Source: a virus
Reading direction: 5' to 3' (one strand)
Virus record (IMG/VR): IMGVR_UViG_3300027908_000010
Span: 1 to 46,687 of that record
Length of the DNA stretch: 46,687 bases
In this document: in pieces, positions 22,838 to 32,836 of the stretch
Numbering within the stretch: the first letter of the stretch is position 1
Layout: each line of letters begins with the position of its first letter
Position numbers and translations under genes: made by a program
The notes under the pieces: model-generated
The model's database searches: none
What the model was told of the DNA's origin: nothing
The model's input: only the letters and a program-made list of their open reading frames with translations

Positions 22838-24373
22838 ATGAAATTTAAACCTCTTATTCTCTTGGTTTTTATTCCTTACGCATGGGGCCAGCAGCAGCTT
22901 CTCATCAGTCCGTACTCGCAAAAGGGCGTGATTTATAGCGATCCGCTCTATACGACTTTGCAGGGTGCAGATGCGAACTTCACCCAGATTTTTGGCTCTG
23001 GCATTGCGACAGTTCCATCTGCTGGGCAAATTCTTGTCGGTAATTCAGCAGGAACCGCTTATGTCCCGCGAGCTTTGTCGGGAGACTGCACGCTAAGTTC
23101 CATTGGTGTAATCACCTGTCCTACAGGGGGCAGCGGAACCGTTACAAACGTTGCGTTTAACGATGGTTCAACGACGCCGCTTTTTGTCATTACAGGCTCT
23201 CCTATCACGGCAAGCGGGACGCTGACGGAAACTCTTGCCACACAGCTTGCCAATCTGGTGTTTGCAGGACCCTCTACGGGTACAGCAACACAACCGGCTT
23301 TCCGTGCGCTGGTTGCTGCGGATATTCCCACTATTCCTTCAACCCAAATTTCGGGCTTGGGAACCCTTGCAACGCAGAGCGGCACCTTCTCGGGCACGAG
23401 TTCCGGCACCAACACCGGGGATCAGACGATCACCCTCACGGGCGATGTGACCGGATCAGGCACGGGTAGCTTTGCCGCGACCGTCAAGGGCATGAACGGC
23501 ACCTTGCTATCAAGTCTTAACACAGGACTTCTCAAGAACACGACTGGAACCGGTGTGCCGTCAATTGCGGTGGCAGGCACGGATTACCTCGCTGGCACTG
23601 CGCCTGTGAACATTCTCGGCGTGACCGGCACTGCGATTGCGATCAATGCAACCTCGCCTGACACAAATGGCACCGGTCTTAACATCAAGCTAGTCGGCGC
23701 TGCTGCAACTACAACGGGAGTAGGCGGTGCGGCAAATCAAACTGGCGGCGTGGGTTGTTGCTCTGGAGACGGCGGCAATGGCGGTCAGGTGGGCGGTACA
23801 GGTGGAGCGGGCAGCGGCACAGGTGCGGGAGGCGGGGCTAGTTGGACTGGCGGCGCGGGGGGAGCGACTGGTAATGGTGGCGCGATCGTTCTTACGGGCG
23901 GCGCGGGGGGCGCTACGTCGGGCAGCAGTGGTGGAGTCACGATCAAAGCTGGTGCAGCCGGTGGAGCTGGCACGCTCGGTTCCGTTGGCATTAATGTCAA
24001 CACCAATTCAGCGACCAATATTGGCACTGGCACGGATACGAGTCTTGTGACAATAGGCGGCGGCTCGAATGCTGTGACGGTCAACGCGACTACCCTTACA
24101 TTGCAGGGTGCAGCGTACAAGCCAGTTCTAACCGGCACCACGGGGAGCATTGGTGGGAGCGCACTTCTTGCAGGGGCATGCTCAACCGGTACTGTATCCA
24201 TCACTGGAGCCACAACGGGCATGGCCGTGGTGGCCACGCCGGTCACTTATCCCACTGCCGGAAACTTCTGGCAGTCGTATGTGAGTAGCGCAGGCGTCGT
24301 TACTGTGGCGGTGTGCGCGGCGGTTGCCGATACGCCCACGGCCTCAGTTTATAACGTCCGTATTATTCAATAG
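22838..24373 (+). CDS. tail fibre protein 2 with signal-peptide-like N-terminus and a Gly-rich block
   Basis: 511 aa from ATG 22838, with AGGAAAG 6 nt upstream. N-terminus MKFKPLILLVFIPYAWG-QQQ, then YSDPLYTTLQGADANFTQIF. Gly-rich block GGNGGQVGGTGGAGSGTGAGGGASWTGGAGGATGNGG. Confidence 0.75.
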   Translation: MKFKPLILLVFIPYAWGQQQLLISPYSQKGVIYSDPLYTTLQGADANFTQIFGSGIATVPSAGQILVGNSAGTAYVPRALSGDCTLSSIGVITCPTGGSGTVTNVAFNDGSTTPLFVITGSPITASGTLTETLATQLANLVFAGPSTGTATQPAFRALVAADIPTIPSTQISGLGTLATQSGTFSGTSSGTNTGDQTITLTGDVTGSGTGSFAATVKGMNGTLLSSLNTGLLKNTTGTGVPSIAVAGTDYLAGTAPVNILGVTGTAIAINATSPDTNGTGLNIKLVGAAATTTGVGGAANQTGGVGCCSGDGGNGGQVGGTGGAGSGTGAGGGASWTGGAGGATGNGGAIVLTGGAGGATSGSSGGVTIKAGAAGGAGTLGSVGINVNTNSATNIGTGTDTSLVTIGGGSNAVTVNATTLTLQGAAYKPVLTGTTGSIGGSALLAGACSTGTVSITGATTGMAVVATPVTYPTAGNFWQSYVSSAGVVTVAVCAAVADTPTASVYNVRIIQ

Positions 24374-24385
24374 GCGTGCTACAAG

Positions 24386-26635
24386 ATGGCGGTCGTCCCC
24401 AACGATGAAATTGCAACGACGGCCCAAGATCCTCTCCCTGGCCGTGCCTATCCGCGCTTCTCGGATGACGCTTCTCCCGCATCTTTCGGTGCGGGATTAG
24501 GCGAGGGAATAGAGAAAGCTGCCGGGGATTACGGTCAGGTTCAGCTTCAGCAGGCAGCCCAAGCCAAGCAGCTTCAGGACAAGGCGAATGCGGATGCGGA
24601 CCGGGTGCAAGCCGCAAACGCTACGACCCAGATCTCTCAGGCCCGTAACAGTATCCTTTTCGGCAAGGATGCCACAGACCCGAATGCGCCTCCCGATCCC
24701 ACAGCAGTTTACCGTCAGAGCGGCAAAGCTCTAGCGACTCTTCCCGCCGATGCAATGGACCGCTTCAACGGCGCGGCCGATGCGATCACGCAGGCTCTGC
24801 CACCGCATATCCAGTCGATGCTCGCTGAGCATGTGGCGGGGGAAAAGGACTCTTTCGACCTACAGGTTCACCGCTATCAGTTCGAGCAGAGTAACCGCGA
24901 GGCGACTGAAGCCTTCAACAACGCAGGCACTCAGGCGATAGCGGACGTGGGATTGAACTACCGCGATCCCGCAGCAACCCCACGAGCCTTTCAGATGATC
25001 CGAGCGGCCGGAGAATCATTAGCCGAGCAGGGCGGCAAGGATGCCCTTAAAGCCTATAACGATGGCGGGTACAGGAAGGACTTCGACAAGATTCTGGAGT
25101 CAGGCTTGGGCGGATTCCTCGCAGACAATAACGTTGCCGGTGCTCAGAGATATCTCAATCAGTACAAGGGCGAGCTTTCAGGCGGAGAGGTTCGCGAGAC
25201 CCTGCAGAACCGCATAACAGCCGCAGGGGATCGATTGGAAGCTAAGCAGAAGGAAGGGGCGCAGGATGCCTATCAGGACGCTCTGAAGGGTGCTCTGAAC
25301 GGTATACCGGGGTCAGACAGACTGGTGAGTGACGTACAGCTCCACGCCTTGCGACCCAATGACGTAGCGCGGCAGAGGCAGTTTTTGACCAACGCGATGG
25401 AAGCCGGTTCTTCCGAGAAGCGCTACGACACCATGACGCCCTCGGCTATCGATGCAGATCTCTCGGCAAAGAAGCCGACGACCGCCGCTCCAGGTCTTGC
25501 AAACGAGCTTGAATTATATAATTTGCAGCATCAGGCCGCGAAGAACAGTCTTGACCGCCGTGCTGCAGACCCTGCCGCATTTGTCTTAAGCACAGGCCAA
25601 GGCTGGCAACCGCTAGATCTTTCGAAGCCTCTCGCGTCTCAAGACACGACAGGGGCTTTGGCGCAGCTTAAGACCCGTGCGAATACGGCTCCCGATATCA
25701 GCGAGCGCTTGGGTGTGCCGGTCCCGCTTCTCTCGAAGTCTGAAAGTAAGGCGCTCGGTGGGCAGTTCGCCTCTCAAGGTCCTACGGGACAATTGAACCT
25801 TCTCACCGGCTTGCGACAAGGATTACCGACCGACGGAACTTATGAAAGCGTCCTGCATCAGATCGCGCCTTCATCTCCGGTCGCCGCGGTGGCTGGAATG
25901 ATGGTGGACCGTCCGACAGATCGAGCCGCACCGACTTGGTATAACCCAAAATTCTCAGCCGACCCACAGGTCGCACAGAGGATCCTCCAGGGTGAATCGA
26001 TCCTACGAGGCAAGGGCGAAGAGGCTGCCGGAACCGCAAATGACTCAGGGGTTTCGAAGAGTGGCTTTGCCATGCCTCCTGACAAGGAACTGATGCCTGC
26101 GTTCAAGAGTGCTGTTGGGGGCGATGGTTCCGATATGTTCAAGGGTCGGCCGCAGAGCGCAGAGCTTTACTACCGAGCCTATCGCGACTATTACGCCGCA
26201 GCAGCTTCCGAGAAAGGTAAATCGCTGGGTGAGTTCGATGCCGATATTGCGAAGGAGGCTGGAGATAAGATCTTCGGGCAAGATGGCGCGACGACATACA
26301 ACCACACGAACCTAGTCGTTCCTCATGGAATGGATCCGTCACGCTTTGAAGGCACGATGGATAAGGCCGTGCAAAGCTCTCTCTCGGATGCAGGCTACAA
26401 GCCGGGGCAGATTGCGGCTTTGAAGGAAATGCCTATCCGGGAAATCGGTCCTACGCTCGGGACTGGGCGGTATGTGATTACCAGAGATGATGGCTTACCG
26501 CTCAAGACCCCAGACGGCAAGGACACCGTGATTGTGGATCTTCATAAGCAGTTCTCTCGAGCTGCGGGGCCGATTGAAAGACCCTCCGCAGAAGCCCAGG
26601 CGGCTGTGGATAAACAGGTGGCTCAAGCGCCATGA
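24386..26635 (+). CDS. internal virion / ejection protein (large)
   Basis: 749 aa. First of three consecutive ATGA-coupled large ORFs, in the position of podoviral internal core proteins. Confidence 0.6.
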   Translation: MAVVPNDEIATTAQDPLPGRAYPRFSDDASPASFGAGLGEGIEKAAGDYGQVQLQQAAQAKQLQDKANADADRVQAANATTQISQARNSILFGKDATDPNAPPDPTAVYRQSGKALATLPADAMDRFNGAADAITQALPPHIQSMLAEHVAGEKDSFDLQVHRYQFEQSNREATEAFNNAGTQAIADVGLNYRDPAATPRAFQMIRAAGESLAEQGGKDALKAYNDGGYRKDFDKILESGLGGFLADNNVAGAQRYLNQYKGELSGGEVRETLQNRITAAGDRLEAKQKEGAQDAYQDALKGALNGIPGSDRLVSDVQLHALRPNDVARQRQFLTNAMEAGSSEKRYDTMTPSAIDADLSAKKPTTAAPGLANELELYNLQHQAAKNSLDRRAADPAAFVLSTGQGWQPLDLSKPLASQDTTGALAQLKTRANTAPDISERLGVPVPLLSKSESKALGGQFASQGPTGQLNLLTGLRQGLPTDGTYESVLHQIAPSSPVAAVAGMMVDRPTDRAAPTWYNPKFSADPQVAQRILQGESILRGKGEEAAGTANDSGVSKSGFAMPPDKELMPAFKSAVGGDGSDMFKGRPQSAELYYRAYRDYYAAAASEKGKSLGEFDADIAKEAGDKIFGQDGATTYNHTNLVVPHGMDPSRFEGTMDKAVQSSLSDAGYKPGQIAALKEMPIREIGPTLGTGRYVITRDDGLPLKTPDGKDTVIVDLHKQFSRAAGPIERPSAEAQAAVDKQVAQAP

Positions 26636-27969
26636 GCCTATTCGACGAACAGAATGCCGCGGAGTCGGATTACCTGGACGGTCCCGGCTTCACAGGCAAC
26701 GACATGCATCCTTCGACTTTCGAGGGACTGACCCCTATGACGCCTCTGAAGGGCGCATATTCCGGGGTAGCTGAAGGACTAGGGACGGTGGCTAAAGCCG
26801 CTCCAGGGGCTTTACAGTCGGCTGAGCGCTTCATTGCAGGGGTTCCGGACTCAGGACCCGACGAACCGTGGAAAGCGACCGCCGATGAGATGGCGGATAC
26901 GTTTGCTCAAACCGCTAAGGCTCAGGCGAAGTCCATGATGCCGGATCCTGAAGTGACGGGTTCCGGAACGAACCTCATCTTCGGCTTTGCGCATGCGGCC
27001 TCTCAGGCTATTGCCGCCACGGCAGTTACGAAGGACCCGATAGAGGCTGCCCCACTCTTCGGCTACCTGCAAGGCATGGGACATTACCGGGACCTGAAGG
27101 ACCAAGGGGTCGATGAGGACACCGCCGAGCGGGCGGGGAAGCTTGAAGGCTTACTCTCAGGAGCTTCGTTCCTGGCTCCTGCGGGCTTACCGGCGAAGTG
27201 GCTAGGGGAGATGACTCCTGCCATGCAGGCCGTCACCCAGCTCACCACGGGGGCTTCCGTGAATACCGGAGTCGGGATGGTCAGTCGGTATCTCACCGCG
27301 GACGCTTTGACCAAGGCGGGGTATCCGGAGCTTGCCGAACAGAATAAGGTCGGAGATGGCGAGGCGATCCTCGCAGACATGCTCTCCGGGGCCTTTTTCG
27401 GCGGCATGCACTTCTGGGCGGGTCATACCCAGACGATGGCTGATACCGCCAAAACCTTGGCCGAGGATGGGGTTCTAGACCCCGCCATCCGTGATGCTGC
27501 AAAGGTCGCACAGGACCAACGGGAGATGTCGATCGACCGCGCTCCAGGAGTGCCTGTGGATGCCCAAGCGGTCTCAGCTCACCATCAGGCTCTAGAGAAA
27601 GCTTTGGCCGATCTGGGACAGGACAAGCCCGTAGATTTCGACGACATGCATATCCTTGACGGAGCGACTTTCGCCCGCCAGCCGCAGGATGAGATTATCG
27701 ATGCTCACTCCCGAGCGATCATCCATCAGGAGTTCATGGATGCTGGGGTGCTGTCGGAGTCCTCCAAGGTCGATCAGTTGGATGCGGCATTGGAAGGCAA
27801 GTATACCGAGCGACCGGTGAAACCTTATGTTGGTGACGTGACCGTTCCCAAGGATGACGGCACCACGCAATCAGCCGAAGAGGCGACCGTTCAAGCCAAA
27901 GAGACAGCCGCGAACGACGAAACACCTCAGCTTTTGAAAGCAGCTTCCGACTGCGTAGGTCGCATATGA
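26632..27969 (+). CDS. internal virion / ejection protein
   Basis: 445 aa. ATGA-coupled on both sides. Confidence 0.6.
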   Translation: MSLFDEQNAAESDYLDGPGFTGNDMHPSTFEGLTPMTPLKGAYSGVAEGLGTVAKAAPGALQSAERFIAGVPDSGPDEPWKATADEMADTFAQTAKAQAKSMMPDPEVTGSGTNLIFGFAHAASQAIAATAVTKDPIEAAPLFGYLQGMGHYRDLKDQGVDEDTAERAGKLEGLLSGASFLAPAGLPAKWLGEMTPAMQAVTQLTTGASVNTGVGMVSRYLTADALTKAGYPELAEQNKVGDGEAILADMLSGAFFGGMHFWAGHTQTMADTAKTLAEDGVLDPAIRDAAKVAQDQREMSIDRAPGVPVDAQAVSAHHQALEKALADLGQDKPVDFDDMHILDGATFARQPQDEIIDAHSRAIIHQEFMDAGVLSESSKVDQLDAALEGKYTERPVKPYVGDVTVPKDDGTTQSAEEATVQAKETAANDETPQLLKAASDCVGRI

Positions 27970-30482
27970 GTATCCGTGAAGACTGCCGCGACTTCATGAC
28001 CGAGCAGTTGGGCCATGCGATCTCGGATAACAAGCTTGACGATATCGAAGCCCGTGTCAGTCGCAACATGCGCCAACTTGGACGGGAGGATCCTGAAGCC
28101 TGGCAGCAACTTCCCTATCACGAACGCGTACAGCAAGGCGCTGCCGCCGCCGCCAAGGAAATGGCGGAAGAGTTCAAGCAGCAGCAGTTCAGACTTCAGA
28201 AGCAGATCGAGGCTCACCAACGAATTGAGTCAGTCCTTGCTAGTGCGCCGGATCGCAAGGCTGGGGATAAGCTTAAAGCCGTCAGTCGTCTTGACGACTT
28301 TGACCCCCGCAGAGCCGAGTACACGAGCGCTCATTCATGGGCGCAGGCGATCCAGAAGGAAACATGGTCTGAGCTGATGCCGCTCTGGAAAGCGATGCCG
28401 GGGAACTTCTTTGGGCTTTTTGAAAACAAGGCTGGTCACGATGCGCTGTGGAAAGAGCTTCACCATGAAGACAGCGGCAACTCGACTGCCAAAGCAGGCG
28501 CTGCAGCGTGGCACAAAGTCATGGAAGAGAAGCGCCAGCGCATGAACGACGCAGGCGGCAATATCGGAAAGCTTCAGAACTACGACATGCCGCACCACAA
28601 CAGTCAGTCGCGAGTAGCCGCGGCCAAGATCGACAAGTGGACTGCGGATACGTTGCCTGAATTGGATCGCGCGCACTACATCAATCCCGATGGCTCTAGG
28701 ATGTCGAACGATCAGATGCACGAGTTTCTGGGACATGCGTTTGATTCGATCATTACTGATGGCCAGCAGGACAAGAATGAAGCTGGGAAGAATGTGGCAG
28801 GCCACGGAATAATTGCTGATCGGGGTTCAGCTCACCGGGCTTTGTTCTTCAAAGACTCCGACTCCCACGCTCGCTACAATGCAAAGTATGGGGAGAAGAG
28901 CTTGCCTAATCTTCTGCTCGGACACATTCGAGGGATCTCTCGCGATATTGCATTGACTGAACGGATGGGACCTAACGCCGAGAGAACCCACGACTTCTTC
29001 AATGACCGTGCGCTCTTGGATGAGCTGCGAGAATTCCCAGAAAAAGAAGCTTATCTAAGGTCCCAGCATAAATATAACCAAGCCTTGTTCGATAAGGTCG
29101 CTGGCAAAGAAGAGGTAGTGGACTCCCGCGTATCACGTATCGGGCAAGCCTTTCGTAACTGGCAAACTGGAGTCAAGCTCCCCAAGGTTGTTATCACGGC
29201 TCTGGGCGATGAATCAGGCATGGCGGCAACCGCCTATGCCAATCGAATCCCTTATGGGGCGATGCTGAGGAACGAATTACGCACTTTGAATCCTGCTGAT
29301 TCCACCGCTCGCGCTGCGATGCAGCATGCAAGCTTCGGACTGGAAACAACGCTGGGACACTTCAATCGCTGGGGACAGGAGGAATTTAATTCCTCATTCA
29401 CCGCAAAGCTTGCGAGCACCGTGATGCATCTGTCTGGCGCGGAGCGCATGTGGGCTGCCCGTCGCGCAGGGACTGCGGCAACTCTCATGTCCTCGATGGG
29501 AAGCCTCACTCGAAAGATCGACCACATCGACAAGCTCACTCAGGCCGATCACGGTGTCATCGCACAGAAAGGTATCACTGATAAGACTTGGCAGGTATGG
29601 AGACGCGCCGAGGTAGAAGATCAAGGTCCTGACCGACGCACCATCCTGACTCCTAAAGCTGTCTGGGCTATCCCCGATGAGAAGCTCAAAGATCTAGGAA
29701 ACCCCCGAGCGCTGAAACGTGAAGCTGTCACGCAGCTTCTCGCGCATGCCCACGAAGAGGCTGGGATGGGCGCAATGGATACAGGACCTCGGCAACAGGT
29801 TCGAGTTAATCTCGGAAGCCAGAAGGGAAGCTACGGAGGGGAAGCGTGGAGAGCCTTCAACCTCTTCCGGGGATACAGCTTCTCGATGATGATGAAGCAC
29901 TGGGGGCGTGCGGCAAACCAACCCGGTGTTTACGGGAAACTTCGGTACATGGCTCCCCTTGCCGTGTATGGAACGCTCATCGCTGCAGCGGGTAATCAGA
30001 TTCGGAACGTTATCTCAGGACAGGATCCTGACTCCATGAAAGACTGGCGGTTCTGGGGGAAAGCGATTCTGCGCGGTGGCGGGATGGGGTTCTTCGGAGA
30101 CTTCCTCTACAACGAAGCGACCCAGAACGACAACTCCCTGGCTGCGGGCTTGGGCGGTCCCGCGATGACTTCCCTTGAGGATATCTGGAACATCACAGGC
30201 AAAGCCGCCTTCAAGAAGGCCAAGGGCGAGAAGACCGACGAAGGGGCGAATGTCGTCAAGTTCCTACGCAATAACACCCCGATTCAAGGCATGTGGTATA
30301 CCCAAGCCGCCTTTGACCATATGCTCTGGAACCATATGCAAGAAGCAGCAAGTCCGGGTTATCTCTCGCGCATGCAATCCCGCGCCGCAACCTACGGGAA
30401 GCAGTACTACTGGCGTCCGCAGGACACGACTCCTTCCCGACCGCCTGACATGAAACGCGCCATAGAGAGGCCGTCCCGATGA
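27966..30482 (+). CDS. internal virion / ejection protein (largest)
   Basis: 838 aa. ATGA-coupled. I recognised no transglycosylase motif. Confidence 0.6.
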   Translation: MSIREDCRDFMTEQLGHAISDNKLDDIEARVSRNMRQLGREDPEAWQQLPYHERVQQGAAAAAKEMAEEFKQQQFRLQKQIEAHQRIESVLASAPDRKAGDKLKAVSRLDDFDPRRAEYTSAHSWAQAIQKETWSELMPLWKAMPGNFFGLFENKAGHDALWKELHHEDSGNSTAKAGAAAWHKVMEEKRQRMNDAGGNIGKLQNYDMPHHNSQSRVAAAKIDKWTADTLPELDRAHYINPDGSRMSNDQMHEFLGHAFDSIITDGQQDKNEAGKNVAGHGIIADRGSAHRALFFKDSDSHARYNAKYGEKSLPNLLLGHIRGISRDIALTERMGPNAERTHDFFNDRALLDELREFPEKEAYLRSQHKYNQALFDKVAGKEEVVDSRVSRIGQAFRNWQTGVKLPKVVITALGDESGMAATAYANRIPYGAMLRNELRTLNPADSTARAAMQHASFGLETTLGHFNRWGQEEFNSSFTAKLASTVMHLSGAERMWAARRAGTAATLMSSMGSLTRKIDHIDKLTQADHGVIAQKGITDKTWQVWRRAEVEDQGPDRRTILTPKAVWAIPDEKLKDLGNPRALKREAVTQLLAHAHEEAGMGAMDTGPRQQVRVNLGSQKGSYGGEAWRAFNLFRGYSFSMMMKHWGRAANQPGVYGKLRYMAPLAVYGTLIAAAGNQIRNVISGQDPDSMKDWRFWGKAILRGGGMGFFGDFLYNEATQNDNSLAAGLGGPAMTSLEDIWNITGKAAFKKAKGEKTDEGANVVKFLRNNTPIQGMWYTQAAFDHMLWNHMQEAASPGYLSRMQSRAATYGKQYYWRPQDTTPSRPPDMKRAIERPSR

Positions 30483-32836
30483 CCGTCGCTAATCAAGGCA
30501 CCTGGTTTCAGTACCTTGCGAACTCCGCCACAACCGCTTTCTCCTTCCCGAACAAGATCTTTCAGGCAACCGATCTTGCCATCACGCTCATCGCCGGGAA
30601 TGAAACCGCAGCCCAACTGAATTACGTCTTTGCCTACGTCTCAGGAAACACCTTCCAGAACACCGTCCTTGGACTGACCGCGACGGTGAGCAACGTCGAT
30701 GTGGATAGCGGGGCTTTGGTCACGTTCTCTGCTGCCCCGACTACGGGCTTTACGGTGGACCTCCGAACAGACACTCCGGACACCCAATCGACCTCCATCA
30801 AGAATCAAGGTCAATATCTCCCGGACATCATCGAAGAGGCTTTCGACCGGGCTACCCGTATCGTTCAGGACGCATTGCGCCTGACCTACACCTTCGGCAT
30901 ACACGGACCGGATAACGAATCAATCCCGTGGCCAGCCTTCCCGCCTCCTGCTCAGAGGCTGGGATTGACGGTCATGATGGATCCGGTGCAGGGATTGCCG
31001 ACACTGGGTACACCTGTTTCCCAGATGATTACTGCGGCACTCGTAGGGCAGTTCATCTTCCCGCCCCTTGCGGTTGAGGGAAGCTATCCAGTCGCTCTGC
31101 AATATCCTTACGGAAACGTTCTGCGCTACGGCATAGTCCCGAATAACTCAGGAGCCGCGACCAGTAATGCTCAGATCCTCTCCGGACTCCTGAATCCGAC
31201 CACGCTCTCCTATTCGGGAAAGATCGATTTCCCGAACACTACAGGTCAGGATGTCTATTCCTTCGCCTGTACGTCTGCGACGACAATCCAGATGCAGGGG
31301 GTGCAGTGGGAATTGAACGACTGCACGCTTGCGTTCTCAGGTACGTATGACCCGACTTGGAACGGCATCGCATTCATCCGTTTCATCCGTGATGTGACCA
31401 TAGAGAACGGCAGCATCTCGGTCAATTTCATCACGACCACCGAATCCAATTCCGGCATGGCCATATTGATCGGGAGTCGTTCTGGATATCCGTTTGGCCG
31501 ATGGCCTGCGGGGATATTCGATCAGGACAATCTCGTTGGAGCGACCCCGCCATTGCCCCCGATGGGGAATAGTGCCGTCCGCAACGTGCGCTTCACGTCC
31601 AATAACCCAAGCTCAAGCGGCCCCCCTGGAATCGTGATGATCCTTGGCGGTCTACGTGGAGTTGATGTTTCGAACAATTGGTTCAATGGCCAAGGCGTCA
31701 TTGAATCAGGGGTTTATTACGAGTTCGGCTTCGCGAGCACCAATGGGCAACCCGGTAATCAGGCGCTGTGGACTTCTTCACACATGTGCGCTTCGCGGTT
31801 CAAAGACAACGTCTGCACCAATATGCTCACCACCGGATCAACCGGCTCTGGCATTTCCCTTGTCGGTGCTCACAACTGTGTAATCGATGGTCTGATTGTC
31901 GATAGCGCTGTCAATCTCTTCACCTACAATCCCGGTGAGGCTTTGAACTACCGCCAATGGATTCCGACCGATGCGGAAGGGGGTAAACGCGGCATTCAAG
32001 TGCGTCGCGTCGTTGGAACCAACCTTTCAGGCATAGGCTTGGTGCTGGCGGGGTCGGAATCCTCTGCAGGAGGCTATCTCTCAGGCGCAGGATTGACCTC
32101 AGCTCAGCAAACCGAACTCATGGAGTTTGATGTCGATGGTTTTGCGTTGAATGCCGCGGGAGCCGGGATCAGCGTCACCGGTCCCTGCAGCATCCGAAAT
32201 GGCATCTGCGATTCTGCTACGGGTTCAGGCATCATCATTTCGGATGATTGCATTACATTCAGTATCGACCGTGTGAAGCTTTTGAATGCAGCGAGTTCCG
32301 GCTTGAAAGGCTTTGCCTCGGGTATCTGGCCGACTCCACGTTTGAAGATGGGCACGGTCAAGAACTCCCTCTTTGCCAATAACACCTCCATCGGCGCGAA
32401 CATGGTGAATTGCCAGTACGTGAAGTTCACCGCCTGCCAGTTTGGCTACGCGCTTTTACGTGATGGCGTTGCCGAGACCGTGCAAACTATCGGCATCAAC
32501 TGCACGGGCGGTGGGGTGTATGCGGAAGGCTGCTTTGGTGCAACGCCCAGCGGCTCGGGCCACGTGTACAACAACTCCGGCACGCTCACCAACTCCTGCA
32601 GCATCCAGGCCCCGCAGGGCGAGGTGACGATCGGTGGGACTTGGGACTTGAACTATGTGGCGCAGGCGACATCGACCGTCATCGGTTCAGCGGCAAGCGT
32701 CGTCAACACGGTCAACAAGTACGCGGGTCGCGAAGCGAACGACGTATCGAATCATCGAATCATGGTCGCCATTGGTCCGAACCCAACGGATGCATGGTGG
32801 GTGGCGGACGGCTCGACTTCGGTCACGCCTTCGTGA
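30479..32836 (+). CDS. tailspike protein with right-handed beta-helix (second depolymerase candidate)
   Basis: 785 aa. Fibre/spike-type N-terminal anchor (TAFSFPNKIFQATDLAITLI...IIEEAFDRATRIVQDALRL). Beta-helix rungs VRNVRFTSNN, VDVSNNWFNGQG, FKDNVCTN, HNCVIDGLIVDS, VKNSLFANN. Confidence 0.8.
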   Translation: MTVANQGTWFQYLANSATTAFSFPNKIFQATDLAITLIAGNETAAQLNYVFAYVSGNTFQNTVLGLTATVSNVDVDSGALVTFSAAPTTGFTVDLRTDTPDTQSTSIKNQGQYLPDIIEEAFDRATRIVQDALRLTYTFGIHGPDNESIPWPAFPPPAQRLGLTVMMDPVQGLPTLGTPVSQMITAALVGQFIFPPLAVEGSYPVALQYPYGNVLRYGIVPNNSGAATSNAQILSGLLNPTTLSYSGKIDFPNTTGQDVYSFACTSATTIQMQGVQWELNDCTLAFSGTYDPTWNGIAFIRFIRDVTIENGSISVNFITTTESNSGMAILIGSRSGYPFGRWPAGIFDQDNLVGATPPLPPMGNSAVRNVRFTSNNPSSSGPPGIVMILGGLRGVDVSNNWFNGQGVIESGVYYEFGFASTNGQPGNQALWTSSHMCASRFKDNVCTNMLTTGSTGSGISLVGAHNCVIDGLIVDSAVNLFTYNPGEALNYRQWIPTDAEGGKRGIQVRRVVGTNLSGIGLVLAGSESSAGGYLSGAGLTSAQQTELMEFDVDGFALNAAGAGISVTGPCSIRNGICDSATGSGIIISDDCITFSIDRVKLLNAASSGLKGFASGIWPTPRLKMGTVKNSLFANNTSIGANMVNCQYVKFTACQFGYALLRDGVAETVQTIGINCTGGGVYAEGCFGATPSGSGHVYNNSGTLTNSCSIQAPQGEVTIGGTWDLNYVAQATSTVIGSAASVVNTVNKYAGREANDVSNHRIMVAIGPNPTDAWWVADGSTSVTPS

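Noticed and set aside
23857-23910. G6 homopolymers in fibre 2 as phase-variation tracts, by analogy with the G6 at the frameshift in 40953..40958
   Set aside because: Runs of six G or C are expected to occur many times by chance in a genome of this size and GC content. These two do not interrupt the frame.
23727-24246. ORFs on both strands (107 aa on +, 153 aa on -) within the Gly-rich block of fibre 2
   Set aside because: They are a by-product of GGN-periodic DNA. The products would be poly-Ala/Arg or poly-Pro, and they lie wholly inside a well-supported gene.
20366-24373. Diversity-generating retroelement (the BPP-1-like head module prompted a search for template/variable repeat pairs and a reverse transcriptase)
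   Set aside because: No ORF has reverse-transcriptase motifs. The only fibre-fibre DNA similarity is at the N-terminal anchor, and its mismatches are not adenine-specific.
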